A DNA stretch of 63,988 nucleotides, the filler included, from Octopus bimaculoides (lineage: Eukaryota): the NCBI RefSeq assembly GCF_001194135.2. It is 9 parts of 8 records of this genome, joined end to end, with 100 filler letters (N's around TTAATTAATTAA, not from the genome) between each part and the next. Parts side by side here need not be neighbours in the genome. Positions count along the whole stretch, not along the records: positions 18,148 to 30,967 come from NC_068983.1; positions 31,068 to 36,933 come from NC_068998.1; positions 37,034 to 48,850 come from NC_068999.1; 6 more parts are not named here. One strand, 5' to 3'. The notes beneath the pieces are model-generated. The model had not been told where the DNA came from, ran no database searches, and saw only the letters and a list, made by a program, of their open reading frames with translations. This document shows, piece after piece, positions 27,196 to 40,692 of the stretch. Both the position numbers and the translations under genes were made by a program. Position 1 is the stretch's first letter; each line of letters opens with the position of its first letter.

Positions 27196-27395
27196 TGGCG
27201 TAGTGGTTAAGAGCACGGGCTACTAACCCCAAGATTCCGAGTTCGATAATAACATTGAAAAATACCTTAGGAATGAGAACCCAGGTTCGAAATTACCCCC
27301 AAGACACCTGATGAAGGCTGAAGGCTATATCAGCTGAAACGTGTTAACAATAAACAAAATGAGAACAAATATCCGTCAAATGTAAATAATGTATA
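27196..27395 (+). mobile_element. SINE-like element: tRNA-like A/B-box head + Penelope pLTR-like tail with hammerhead-like motif
   Basis: A box TGGCGTAGTGG (27196) and B box GTTCGA (27241). The body is nearly identical to the 3' end of the Penelope copy at 35541-35690. Contains GACAC-CTGATGA-A-GGCTG...CAGCT-GAAACGTGTT. Confidence 0.65.
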
Positions 27396-27689
27396 GAAAC
27401 ATTTCTCATGGCACCATCAGACAACATGGAAAAGGTGTTGCCCTGGAGGATAGCGAGAGAGATGCACTGGAATAGCCACTCTGACTCATGGAGCTTGCAC
27501 TTGTGGACAACCATCTCTGGTTCGATAGTGGTGAGGGATATGATCCGGGGAGGCACGAACATCAGTGGTCTCATCTGCTACAGGCTATACTAACTAACTT
27601 ACTATAATAATATTGATTTCAGATTTTAACACAAGGCCAGCAATTTTGCAGGGTGGAAAAGTCTATTATACCGACCTCAGAATTGAAAT

Positions 27690-27880
27690 TAGAATTGACA
27701 TGACGGTAGAATATGCTCAGAAGAGTGTTCTATTGGGAACAGCAAGGATTTTCAGATTTGTGCATGGGTGTCGAGTATCGTGGATAAAGATTTTGTGAAA
27801 CCTTTGAAAACAAGTCACTATCCGCTCTTACAGAATTAACCAGAGAAAGTAAAATCGAAAGCTTTAAGAAGTAAAATGGA

Positions 27881-27915
<35 letters not shown>
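27690..27915 (+). mobile_element. 3' end of R4/Dong-type RLE non-LTR retrotransposon
   Basis: EYAQKSVLLGTARIFRFV C-terminus, a 3' UTR matching 52990-53110, and an (AAT)n tail. Confidence 0.8.
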
Positions 27916-27949
27916 AAATAATAATATCAGTGATGATAATGATGATATT

Positions 27950-29885
27950 GAAAAGAAGCGGTTGGAATCTCCCCATTTCCTGATTGATGGTACATCTATT
28001 GATTGTGTCACAATAAAAGCACTGGTGATTGCGCAACCTGATAATCGCTGCCTCCTATGAGTGACAATGAAAAAGCAAAATATTGTGAATAACGGTGGTA
28101 ATGAAACTGAAACCCTTGATGGTGACAGTGCTGCACCCGGCAGGCTCAGAATTACTGGTACGACTCCAGCCTGTCGTTATCCAGCAACAGACCAGCACAC
28201 ACATCGTAGATGGAACAAACAAGTCAATGTTGTGGTCATCGAGTGTTACTACCTGAGCAACCCTGTAGATGAAAATGGTATTCATATTAGGGGATACCGA
28301 TAGGGTATGTATGATCAATGGAGAGAAAGAAGATTGTTTCAGCTCGTGGAAAAGAGATTATGTGATTAAGCTTGAGCAATAAGAAAAAATTGCTAGTTCA
28401 CAGAAGTAGAGCTCGAAGCTATCAAAAGATGGGTATTGGAAAACAGCAGCAGAGGAAACGATGAAAATTCAGTTCCTTCTGATAAAAGTAATTTCATAGC
28501 AGAAAACAGAGGTGAAATCTCTAATAGACCACATGAAAGGAACAGTGATAGCTTGCTCAATGAAAGACATATAAATGGTTTGGAAGAAAACAATAAAACT
28601 AATGGTGACATGGCAGACGGGCAAAAGGCAATCTATGAAAGAATAAAGGCAGGGCTACAGGAGAATGATAGCAACATTATTTGCAAACTTAAAAAGGTTG
28701 ATAAATGGAAATTGAACCAAGAAACGAAATATGTGAAAGAAATTCTGAAATGCATGCAACAAAAAACATCACTGTAACAAATAAGTTGATCAAGGCAGCA
28801 AGTTTTGTTGTAACAGAAAATATGGGTGTTGATTTCAAGAAAAAGAAATATAATGGGAGTGACAAAAGAAAAGATCCATGGTGGAAAAGAAGAATACAGA
28901 CAGGGTTAGATATGCTCTCGGAGGACATTTCTGCGTTAGACCAAAAAAGAGAAAGGGGAGCTTAAAAGCAAACAAAAATTCAGGACACTGAACAGGAAGT
29001 ATAATATTGAGAAAAAGGACCTGAAAGTGGAAATGAAGGAACTGAAACAGCGCTTCATTGCAAAAAACGTAAAGATGGTAAGATACGACCAAAGAATGAA
29101 AGGATACCAGCAGAATAGATTATTCAGAGTAGATCAGAAGAGATTCTACAAAGAAATAAATGGAGAGTGTACAGATGAAAAGTTGATACCAGATAACAAT
29201 GAAAGTCAAAGGCTTTAAAGTGACATCTGGAGCAGAGACAAGGAGCAACAAGAAGGATACTGAATGGTTGCAAGAACTGAAACAAACAGTAGTCTGTATA
29301 AAACAGGAAGAACTAGTCATTTCAGTTAGGGAAGTGAAGGAAATCAGCAAAAACATGGGCAAATAAAAGGACCTGGGACCAGATGGAGTTCAAGGCTACT
29401 GGAGCAAAAGATTTGGTGAATGTCATGCACGAATAGCTGCACAACTCAACAGCTTGTTAAATGCCGACAAAGTAACACAAGAGTGGTTGACATTGGGTAG
29501 GACAGTGCTGTGCTTGAAAAACATCGAAAAAGGCAATACGGTAGACATTTACAAGCCGATATCCTGCTTGCCACTTATGTGGAAATTATTGATCGGAATA
29601 GTCGCAGAATCAATGTACAGACATCTGGCAAAAAAATGGAGTCCTGTCACATGAGTAGAAGGGCTGCAAGCATAAGTGCAGAGGTACCAAGGATCAACTG
29701 GTAGACAAAACTATACTTATAGACTGCAAGAGGAGGAAAACTAACTTAGCCATGTCATGGATCGACTATCATAAGGTGTACGATATGATCCTACATTCTT
29801 TGATTATGGAATGTATGAACCTAATTGGTATTGCATCGAATGTTGAGTGATTGCTTGAGAAAGGTATGGCGAATTGGAGGACCTT
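27950..29885 (+). mobile_element. R4/Dong-type non-LTR retrotransposon, 5' half (N-terminus + start of RT), degenerate
   Basis: Disrupted ORF: [111 protein letters not shown]. Breaks off at ~29885. Confidence 0.88.
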
Positions 29886-30919
29886 AGTTCACTGGTAGTG
29901 AACAGCTGGCACTGTAGTATAGCTCCAGTGGTAGAATTTGTGCAAAGACAATAATAATAATAACGATGATATTGGTTTCGAATGTTAGTACAAGGCCAGC
30001 AATTTAGGAGGTAGAGAAAGTCAATTATATCGACCCCAGTACATGATTGGTACTTGCTTTATCGACCCCGAAAGGGGGAAAAGCAAAGTAGACTTCGACG
30101 GAATTTGAACTCAGAACATAAAAGTGGACGAAATGCCAAGGAACATTTTTCCCAGCATACTAACGATTCTGCCAGCTCGCCGCCTTAACAATAATAATAA
30201 TATTAATGATGAAGATGATGACCACGACAATGGCGAAGATGATGATGGTGGTGGTGGTGGTGGTGATGTGGTTGATCAACCCAAAACAAAAAAACATTAA
30301 CAACACTAGCAATAATTATTACAATTGTGATAACGGTTTCTTAATTAGACACATAGGTGTGAGTGGCACACAACAATGCCAATATGAGTGGTACTCTCTG
30401 ACAGAAGCATTATAAATATTTTATTAAGCCAGATGCCAACTCCCAAAGCAGTCTTGTATCTCTTTCCATATTCCATGACATTCTGCAGTATCATGTATCA
30501 CATGATCTGTAATACAAGACTCTACCTCATCTACATGACTCCATTTTGTCTCCCTCTGGCTGTCAGGTTACAGATATGCCAACAGTCTGAAATTCTTTTG
30601 AACTAATGACATCGAAGTTATCTTCAATTTCGAGTTAAAATATCGAATATGTGTGTGTATTATGTACAAAAATGTGTGTGTGTGCATGTGAATATGTACG
30701 TATGTGGGCAGATATATATTCTTTTGTTCTTTTACTTGTTTCAATCACTTAGCTGCAGCCGTGTTAGAGCACCACCTTGAAGTATTTTAGACGAAAAAAT
30801 CCAGCCCAGTACATCCTATCGGTCACCTTTGCCAAACCGCTAGGTTACGGGGATATAAACATACCAACATATAGTTGTGAATGCAACACACAAGGTACTA
30901 GACCACACACCACACGCCC

Positions 30920-30967
<48 letters not shown>

Positions 30968-31067
30968 NNNNNNNNNNNNNNNNNNNNNNNNNNNNNNNNN
31001 NNNNNNNNNNNTTAATTAATTAANNNNNNNNNNNNNNNNNNNNNNNNNNNNNNNNNNNNNNNNNNNN

Positions 31068-31194
<127 letters not shown>

Positions 31195-33824
31195 GGAAGC
31201 ACAACACACACACACACATATGTTGTGCTTCCAAAGGCTCAGTTTTACCAAGATGGGCAGATCTTGTCAAGAACCACATATTGTCAGTGGTCTTAGTCTT
31301 TTGTCATCTCCTCCATGAGTTAAAAGGTCTTGAGAGCACCCTTCACTGCTAAGCCATGGTAGATAACACTTATTCAAAGTGCGATATAGTAAAATCAAAC
31401 CAGATCACAGAGTCAAGTAAATAATTATTCAGCTAAGCTTGCAACCATACCTCGATGCTGTATGGACCAAGATCCCCATTGACAGCTTGTTGATATTAAA
31501 TAAAGTACTAAACACTTACAGTATGCAAATTAGTAGTGTTACTTCTCTGAAACTACTGGATTTGTTGTACAATTATACAGATTGGCTATTTATTCTCTGA
31601 GATTGGTTAAGAAAATCCAGTAAGGTTTGAAAATCGATTAAATTTGTTCATCACTAGTTAAATTTGCCATGTTTGTTTGCCTACTACATAGGGTTACATA
31701 CATTAGTTACGTATTTATATGTATGAGTATTGTTTTCTGTTTAATTGCATAGCAGATAATTGCATAATTTGGCTAACTGTATATCCAAATAAAGTAAATT
31801 TCAGTTTGTTACACAATATTTTTAGAATGACTTTTGTGTTAAACATTTGCAAATACAGTAAAATAAATATTTAATTTTATGCCAGATTTTTGCCAATTCT
31901 TTTACTCAGTATTCTTGATTGAACATTATTTTATTGTAATTTTGGAAGCTTCTGTTTTCATGATGAGTTAAAATGACAGTAACCTAACCAGTACTTCATG
32001 TTTACAAACAGCCAATATCTAAAGAATAATATGGATTCAAGTTGTTTTACCATTTACATTGAATTAAAAACTATGAAAAGACTGTGTTTTTGATCTTTTT
32101 TTAAATTATGTAATGAAATTTTTCAATAAATAAATCTTCATTGTAGATAACATTTGTAAAAATATAATTTTGAATTAAGTAGCGAGAGAAATAAATTTTG
32201 TTGCTTTCATTATCAACTTCATTAACCTGAAACTGAAGCAACTACATATTTTTTAACCTTCACAACCCCAGATGTTATCACTGCATAATTCAAAGTTTAT
32301 GAAAGTCATTGCTAAAATGTCTGAATGTATTTAAGCTCAAGTATTTGAAGAAAATATAAGGAAATTTAAAAATATCAAAAGGGATCAATCAAATTATTGT
32401 CCTGCTGAGACATATAAATAATAAAAAATATCTTGGATTGAGCGGAGCAAGGTAAATTATGCGTGCATAGGTTGTTGTCTTATCACATAACTAGCAGTAA
32501 TACTCACTGTTGATTGGGTAATTACTTTGTGAACGACCGGGTGGAAGGAGAGGTGACGAGAATGGCTCCTTTAGTACATCGCACGGTCATACAAATTAAA
32601 GATGAGAAAGGTTAAATGAGTATAAGTGCCAGAAGGAAAAGAGAGACACAACTGGGTAGAATGTTTAAGAGAAGATTTTATTTATATGTTAACATGCGTG
32701 TCTGTGTGTGCGACATATAAACATAATAATAGACAGGCTGTCATGTATGCATAATGTGTATGTGTGTACAAACATAGATGTATGCGGGTGCGAGAAGTAC
32801 AGAGCATATGACGTTAGAAGAATGTTCAGACACAAGGATGATAAATACCAGTTCGTAGTCAAGGTACAGAGTAGTTGAAGTGCTGTATCAAGAAGTTGAG
32901 GCTTCAATGCAGAGCCGGATAGAGGCACATGTTGGATTAGAAGTTGAGGCTATGATGCAGAGCTGGTCTCTTGTTACAGAAGGTTGTCGCAGGTTGTATT
33001 TGTTGTTTACCATGGTGAAGTAATTCACAAACAGTGTGGAAATAGAACTTGTGCAAGCGTTGTTGGTTGCTGTGTACGTAGTAAGAAGTTGTTGATATCG
33101 TTAAGAAGATGGAGGTGATGAAGATGGAGATAATTGTATGCTGTTGGTTGAGTGTTGATGAGTCTCCATGAGGCTGCTGTTGTGTCATCGCTGGAACTGG
33201 CTGTGTGCTCTGTGGTCAGTGGCTAGACCTCAGAAGGTCTGGAGCTGAAAGACTTCAAGACAATGTGAAGCTAGTGTTTTATAGCATGCTGTCGGCTCAC
33301 TGGAAGTTTAGAAGTGACTGTCTCACGTGGACTTATCTGAAGGCTGCGATTGGTTGGGTTGCATCTTGGAGTGCAATAGAGCAAGAGACAAATTGCGCTA
33401 ATATCAACCAATCGGAGTAGTGGACATAACAGGGTCCAAAGGTGCGGCAGAAGGTTAGCTGTTATCTACTACATCCGTATTCATGTATATATAACAGAGA
33501 GAGAGGAACTTCCCTTCAAGTGTACGCTACAACTTTTACTCTTACTCCGGAGCCACATTCAAAGTATCATTATACATATGATTTATTCCACCTGTATGTG
33601 TGTATTTTATAAGAGAAAAATATGTAATAATTGAAGTAGAAAAAAAGATCAATTTCATACATGAACTTCTGTTTGTTTATTATAAGTGAGTTGTATGTGC
33701 TATTTTATTTATCAATACACTAATGACAATTATATAATACACTTCATTTAAATAGGTAATTTACTCATTCTTGAATGTAATGATAGTAGTGGCAAATTAA
33801 GTTATTGAAGTATTCATGTTGCAT

Positions 33825-35540
33825 TAAGCGTGAATATTTCTTTATAAACGTTTTTTGTTTTATTTCAGGACGCATAAGCAAAAAGATTTGCTTTTGCTCC
33901 CACACATGATGCACTTATATAATGTTGGCCATGTGAAAAGCATGGTTCTTCAAGTTGCAATCCATCAACTTTTAGTGTTTGGCCCTGACTTTTATTAATA
34001 CTCATGGCAAAAGAAAGTGGGATAGGAAGCTGTAACTGTTTAAATTGGAATGGGGCATTAGATGAAATAACTGGTATGTGAGGAATGAAGACGGTCTTGC
34101 CTTTACCACAACCAGTGAGAATATTTGCCTCAATGCAGTTTATCATAAGTTTGTGCACAATTAGTCTTGTACCATCGCATAATTTTGATTGAGACAAATT
34201 ATGCAATAGCATAATAGGAATCCTTTTTTTCAGCTGAAAACAATGAGGAGCTGTACCTGATGGTTCTAGTGAGTTCATAAATTCGATGGGATAGTCAACA
34301 CTATCCTGATCATCAACAACATTGTTGACAGAAGTTTATTCAAGAGCATATTATTAATGCTATTTGCAGTAACATTTTTTTGAGTCAGGATAGCTTGCTC
34401 ACAGATCCAGTCTGTATTATAATTATGAAGAAGATTTGAAAAGATTTCAGCCACCAAATCATCGATAGAATCAGCTGAATTACATATTGGATTGAGTGTA
34501 AGAAACTGTTCTTCATCAATTGCAACTCTCCCTTCACTGAGTTCCAAAAGCCGCTCATCAAATATTTCAGCTGATTGATCTCTCAAAAGCCTTAATCCCA
34601 TATTTGTCAAAAGTTGAAGTGTTTTCACATGGTGCCATAATACAGAAGACTTTATTAAAGCATTGAGCTCATCCACTTTTGTTCCTCTTCAAACAATTGG
34701 TAGTGTTTGTCAGAAGTCTCCTGACAATAATAATGTGATATTTGCCATCATGGAATTACAATTTCTAATGTCTTGTAATGTTCTATCCACAGCTTTAAAA
34801 GCTTTTTAGTAGACCATGGTACATTCATCCCAGATAATTAAGTGACATCTTTGTATTAGTTCACCCATTCCAGAATTTTTAGATATATTATAAACTGAAT
34901 CTTCTTTGTTAGATATAAGTTATGAGTACTTCTCCTGGATGTTTATTCAATGGCATATTATTAATGTTATCTACAGCAACATTTTTTTGGAGCCAGAATA
35001 GCTTGCTCACATATCCAATTTGCATTGTTGTAATTATGAGGAAGATTCAGAAAGATTTCAGCCACCAAATCATCGAGGGAATCAGCTGAATTACATATTG
35101 TATTGAGTGTAAGAAACTGTTCTTCATCAATTGCAACTCTTCCTTCACCAAGTTTCAAAAGCTGCTCTGCAAATAGTTCAGCTGATTGATCTCTTGGAAA
35201 GCCTTGATCTCATATTTGTTGAAAGTTGAAGTGTTTTCACAACATTGATCAAGTAGAAGCTTGGGAAGATTATCATTTATGTACAAGGTCAGTTCCTCCA
35301 TATCATAGGAAATTTCTCTCATTATTTCAGTGGACAGACTGTTAAGATCCACTTTATTAGTTGTTGTTTGAAATCTTCAGCAGGATCATTTCTGAATTTA
35401 TTCCAGAGTTCAACAAGATTACTTACTTCACAATTTTGGGGAATAATAGCAAAAAGACCTCTTAAACTCTTCGGTGTTTTTGACATTGAAGCTTCTTTCA
35501 GTGCTGCTTCCCCTGAACCAGGGTGAGACTACTCCTTTGC
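33825..35540 (-). mobile_element. Helitron Rep/PIF1-helicase remnant, internally deleted and duplicated
   Basis: PIF1 motifs LIIWDECTM, LLSGDF.QTLP, NSLEPSGTAPH.F.LK..IPIMLLHNL....LCDGTRL, FAMSINKSQGQTL, CFSHGQ. Upstream LKEASMSKTPKSLRGLFAII is the Rep-helicase linker. Confidence 0.92.
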
Positions 35541-36552
35541 TACATTATTTACATTTGATGGATATTTGTCCTCATCTTGTTTGTTGTTAAACACGTTTCG
35601 GCTGATATACCCTCCAGCCTTCATTAGGTGACTTGTGGAAATTTCGAACCTGGGTTCTCATTCCTAAGGTATCTTTTGACGTTATTATTATTATTATTAA
35701 ACAGATCGCTGCCTGGAATTGAACTTGGAATGCCATATACCTGTGGGCAATTATGGAGTGAATTTTAGGGCTTATAAATCCAATATGTTCCTATCCTTCC
35801 CTAATACCAGTTCCCATATGCTACTCATATCTGCACTTGGTCTGCTTAGGAGGTTGAGGAGGTTGCTGTGTCCTAGCATATGTGCTGCTTCTTTTAGTTT
35901 TCGTATTTTCCAGTGGTGTTCTCTGTCTATTATTTTAGCTTCATCCCACAAAGGGAGGTGATCTCCATTTTTCCATACATGATCAGCTATACCTGATTTA
36001 TCAATATCTCCTTGTGTCACAGATTTGTGATGTTCGTCTACTCTTATCTTGAGGGGGCGACATGTTTCGCCTTTGTATAACCTACTACAGCTGCATGGGA
36101 TGGAGTACATGCAGTCTTTGGTCATATTCTCTTCTGTTGGTGGTTTTGCTTGAAGGAGATATTTGCGAAGTGTTGTATTACTCTTGAATACTGTCCTGAT
36201 GTCATATGGGCTTCATATCTTTTGTATCTTTTTGGAGAGGCCTTTCACATAGGGTAGAAAGACTGTGGACAGTTTATTGGTTTCATCCTCTTTTTTCTTC
36301 ATAATTGCAGAGGATAGTATGTTTTGGGGGCAGTTGTTACTTAATAGATTGTTACTTAACTTGATCATTTCTTCATGGTGGGTATCATGATTGCTACTTA
36401 TATTCTTTGCTCGATGTTTTAGGCACTCAGCAATCCCTCTCTTTACACCTTTACACTGTATGGATGGTGGGAATTGAAGTTAACTGAAACATACCAATAG
36501 GCGCAAGATTGTCATGTCAAATAAAACAAATATGAGAGAAGCAGGCAGTGAT

Positions 36553-36585
<33 letters not shown>
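35541..36585 (-). mobile_element. Penelope-like retroelement 3' part (RT thumb, GIY-YIG endonuclease, pLTR)
   Basis: FNSHHP, LPYVKGLS..I..I..PYDIRTVFKS..TLR, CMYSIPCSCSRLYKGETCRPLKIRVDEH, SGIADH, RKLKEA. pLTR at 35541-35720 has a hammerhead-like motif. A short inverted pLTR piece (CAGGCAGTGATCTG + AAT repeat) is at 36542-36585. Confidence 0.9.
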
Positions 36586-36589
<4 letters not shown>

Positions 36590-36932
36590 CTAGAAACACC
36601 TGCAGAAAAAGCTAATTCAAGAATTAGACGAACTAGAAACACCTGCAGAAAAAGCTAAGCACTTGAAAACCCGTGCAAAAATTGCTGCCTTAGATATTAT
36701 GACTGAAAAATGGCATGGAAAACCTCTCAATGGCAAATACCCAAAGAGAGCGAATAATGCAGATATTGACAAAGCCCTTACCCACCAATGGTTAATGGCC
36801 TCTGGCTTGAAATCAGAAACAGAGGGGTTTATCATAGCAGCCCAAGATCAATGCCTACCTACAAAGAACTACCAGGCCAACATATTAAAGAACGGCAGAT
36901 CCCCATTATGTCGTATATGCCAACAACAAAAT
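36586..36932 (+). mobile_element. R4/Dong-type retrotransposon fragment (post-RT region to CCHC zinc knuckle)
   Basis: KWHGKPLNGKY...THQWLMASGLKSETEGFIIAAQDQCLPTKNY...PLCRICQQQN. Starts directly after (AAT)n and ends at a scaffold spacer. Confidence 0.85.
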
Positions 36933-37514
36933 GNNNNNNNNNNNNNNNNNNNNNNNNNNNNNNNNNNNNNNNNNNNNTTAATTAATTAANNNNNNNNNNN
37001 NNNNNNNNNNNNNNNNNNNNNNNNNNNNNNNNNTATATATATATATATATATATATATGCATATTTATATATTTGTATACAAACACACATAGAGGTACAC
37101 TTGTGTGTGTGTGTGTGTGTTTGTATGTTTATACCCAATAACTAACAGTTAAAGCAAAGAAAGACTGACAAAATAACTACCAGACTTTAGAGAAAGAACA
37201 AAAAAAGTACTGGGGACAGATTGATCAATTCTGTACCCCAAGGCTACTCTAGCATAGTTGCTCCAGCATGACTGCAATGGAATGACAGAGACAAATAAAA
37301 GAATAAAGTATTCTGTTTATAAACATTCTATATTACTTCAAATATTTGTAATATCTAAACTGAAACATAAACATTATATAATAAATGCTATATTCTTTTT
37401 ATAAATATTGTTAGCCAAAGTTTTTCACCTTTAATTTGTTTTTTCTTTTTCTTTCATTACACTCTTCTGTTTACTTTCAATTTATTTTCCCAAACCATTT
37501 TCAAAATGTTGCAG

Positions 37515-37654
37515 GTTAAAAAAGAGCGTAAACATGAAATAAAGATTCATAATGACATGCTGTTATCACAAATAAAAGTTGTGGAGACTGAGCGACAGAC
37601 TATCAGTATGGAATTACATGAACGGCAGGCAAAACTTAAGAAACTGGGAGCCCG
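37515..37654 (+). CDS. CCDC39: CCDC39 (axonemal 96-nm ruler coiled-coil protein) internal exon
   Basis: Acceptor ttttcaaaatgttgcag and donor CG|gtaggt; 140 bp, phase 0 to 2. Peptide VKKERKHEIKIHNDMLLSQIKVVETERQTISMELHERQAKLKKLGAR resembles CCDC39 [44 protein letters not shown] (recalled). Confidence 0.9.
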
Positions 37655-39351
37655 GTAGGTTGCCTTATTGCCTTGTATTTGTTGTTTGTCTGTTTTTTGT
37701 TCTTTTTAATTTCTATTTGAAAACACAAATCTGAATGGAGAATTTTTTTATTTAAAATGTTTTATTGAATTCGTGATTGATGAGAAATTTTTGAGTAATA
37801 TTTGAAACTTGTGTCATTTCTCTTGTTGTTGCTTGTTTGTTGGTTGTTTTTGTTGCTTAATGCAATGGTAGTCCTTTGATGCTGATGCTGNNNNNNNNNN
37901 NNNNNNNNNNNNNNNNNNNNNNNNNNNNNNNNNNNNNNNNNNNNNNNNNNNNNNNNNNNNNNNNNNNNNNNNNNNNNNNNNNNNNNNNNNNNNNNNNNNN
38001 NNNNNNNNNNNNNNNNNNNNNNNNNNNNNNNNNNNNNNNNNNNNNNNNNNNNNNNNNNNNNNNNNNNNNNNNNNNNNNNNNNNNNNNNNNNNNNNNNNNN
38101 NNNNNNNNNNNNNNNNNNNNNNNNNNNNNNNNNNNNNNNNNNNNNNNNNNNNNNNNNNNNNNNNNNNNNNNNNNNNNNNNNNNNNNNNNNNNNNNNNNNN
38201 NNNNNNNNNNNNNNNNNNNNNNNNNNNNNNNNNNNNNNNNNNNNNNNNNNNNNNNNNNNNNNNNNNNNNNNNNNNNNNNNNNNNNNNNNNNNNNNNNNNN
38301 NNNNNNNNNNNNNNNNNNNNNNNNNNNNNNNNNNNNNNNNNNNNNNNNNNNNNNNNNNNNNNNNNNNNNNNNNNNNNNNNNNNNNNNNNNNNNNNNNNNN
38401 NNNNNNNNNNNNNNNNNNNNNNNNNNNNNNNNNNNNNNNNNNNNNNNNNNNNNNNNNNNNNNNNNNNNNNNNNNNNNNNNNNNNNNNNNNNNNNNNNNNN
38501 NNNNNNNNNNNNNNNNNNNNNNNNNNNNNNNNNNNNNNNNNNNNNNNNNNNNNNNNNNNNNNNNNNNNNNNNNNNNNNNNNNNNNNNNNNNNNNNNNNNN
38601 NNNNNNNNNNNNNNNNNNNNNNNNNNNNNNNNNNNNNNNNNNNNNNNNNNNNNNNNNNNNNNNNNNNNNNNNNNNNNNNNNNNNNNNNNNNNNNNNNNNN
38701 NNNNCATATATATATACATACATATATGTGCATCTGTTTGTATCGATGTTTTTGTGAGTTCATTCAAATTTCTGTTGTCTTCACATGAGATGTCTGACTA
38801 CAACCAACACTTCAAACAGTGTCTGTTGCTCGTGGCAGCCATAGAAACCACACCAAGGCTTCTTGACATGTCTTGACATTTCCCTCACGCTTTTCAAATC
38901 AAAGTGCTGTCTCGAACGATGCCATTTGTTTACAGTTAACTAAATAATTATGGCCAGGAAGTTCATAGAATTGCTTGGAAACAGGCAAATGTTGGTGCAA
39001 GTAAGAACACACAACGATAGAAAATCTGCCTCAGTGGATTCTTTCTGACCAATGCCAGCATGGGAAAGTGGACATCAAAACTATCATGACAATGATAGCA
39101 CTATGAGGATCTTTAATTCTTGATAGCTATCAAAAGTGTTTGATTGGAATGTTCCAGTTTCTTTGACATAAATTTCATGAGATATATCTAAATTAAAGCA
39201 TTTCATCAGAATTTCATGTGGTGGTTTAAACACCAGCTTAGCAATGGCAATTATTTTACTAAATTCTGTGTTACATGTAAGAGACTAAGAAGATATCATA
39301 TTCAAGATTAATCAAAACAAAGCGTATTTCAGCAGAAATTTATTAACAAAA

Positions 39352-39550
39352 TACAGGATGTTCAAAAAGTCTCTTCACAGTGAATTTTTTTCATCGACAA
39401 TGGTGCTAATTCTAGCCTTTTTTTGGTGAACGGATTATTTCGAAGGGACTTTGCCTACCAAGATCACCTGATTTAACACCACTAGACATTTTTTCTGGGA
39501 AGCAAGTAAAAGATCAGTGTACAAGAATCACCTGAAAACCATTACTTACT
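39352..39550 (+). mobile_element. Tc1-like transposon remnant in CCDC39 intron
   Basis: TACAGGATGTTCAAAAAGT TIR-like start and peptide FFGERIISKGLCLPRSPDLTPLD (cf. WPPRSPDLTPLD). Confidence 0.55.
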
Positions 39551-40497
39551 GTGGAGAGACTCTTTGAACAACCTATAGCTAAAAAGATAACATATCATTC
39601 AAGATTTAGCTGCTATTTCTACCAAATTTAGCAACTGGTTAGGTGTTCTTTCATTGACTCATGTACATGATGCTAGAAAAAGCATACAAAAGAACAAAAT
39701 GAAAACAACAGACTGAAGCAAAAAAAAAAATGTTCTTGTGATATCTTTTTCAAAATTTTGTGTGAAATAACAAGAAGATCAACACACAATTTCTTTTCAA
39801 CTCTATTATCAGAAGAATTTTAAATTTACATTTTTAAACCATTTTCTTTTATTGTTTAATTGTTTATGCTTCATTATTAATGTATATACATATGTGTGTG
39901 TGTGTTCACATACATGTGTTTCTCTATATGTGTGTCTAATCTATCTATCTGTATATCTGTCTCTCTCTCTATATATACATCATCATCATCCTTATCGTTT
40001 AATGTCCACTTTCCAGGCTGGCATGGGTTGGATGGTTTGACTGAGGACTGGCAAGCCAGAAGGCTGCACCAGGCTCCAATCTGTTCGGGCAAAGTTTGTA
40101 CAGCTGGATGCCCTTCCTAACACCAACCACTCCGAGAGTGTAGTGGGTGCTTTTTATGTGCCACCGGCACAAGGACCAGTCAGGCAGTTCTGGCAATGAC
40201 CATGCTCAAAAGGTGTTTTTACATGCTACCTGCATGGGAGCCAGTCTGGTGGCACTGGCAATGACCATGCTCAAATGTTGTTTTTCTCATGCCACTGGCA
40301 CATATGCCAGTAAGGCAACGCTGGCAACAATCACGCTTGAATGGTGCTAGTGACATGCACACAATACACACGCATGTGCACACACATATACACACATATA
40401 CACACATATACACACATATAGATAAATGTTGGTGAGTTTATGTCATTATATACTGCATGTATGTATGTGTAATGGACCATTTTTTGGTCTTTCCCAG

Positions 40498-40573
40498 GCA
40501 TGAAATCTTAACTTCAGCAATGGCACCGTCTGATGGGGAAGAAGAAAAATCTCAAGCTTACTATGTCATCAAG
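40498..40573 (+). CDS. CCDC39: CCDC39 next internal exon
   Basis: Acceptor ggtctttcccag and donor AAG|gtagga; 76 bp, phase 2 to 0, splices in frame to the previous exon. (R)HEILTSAMAPSDGEEEKSQAYYVIK matches CCDC39 [25 protein letters not shown]. Confidence 0.93.
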
Positions 40574-40660
40574 GTAGGATTCATTTTTGTGTCAATGATT
40601 TACAAGATTGAACTCTGTGTGTATATCTACACTTGTTCATGGATACATTTATGTACATGC

Positions 40661-40692
<32 letters not shown>

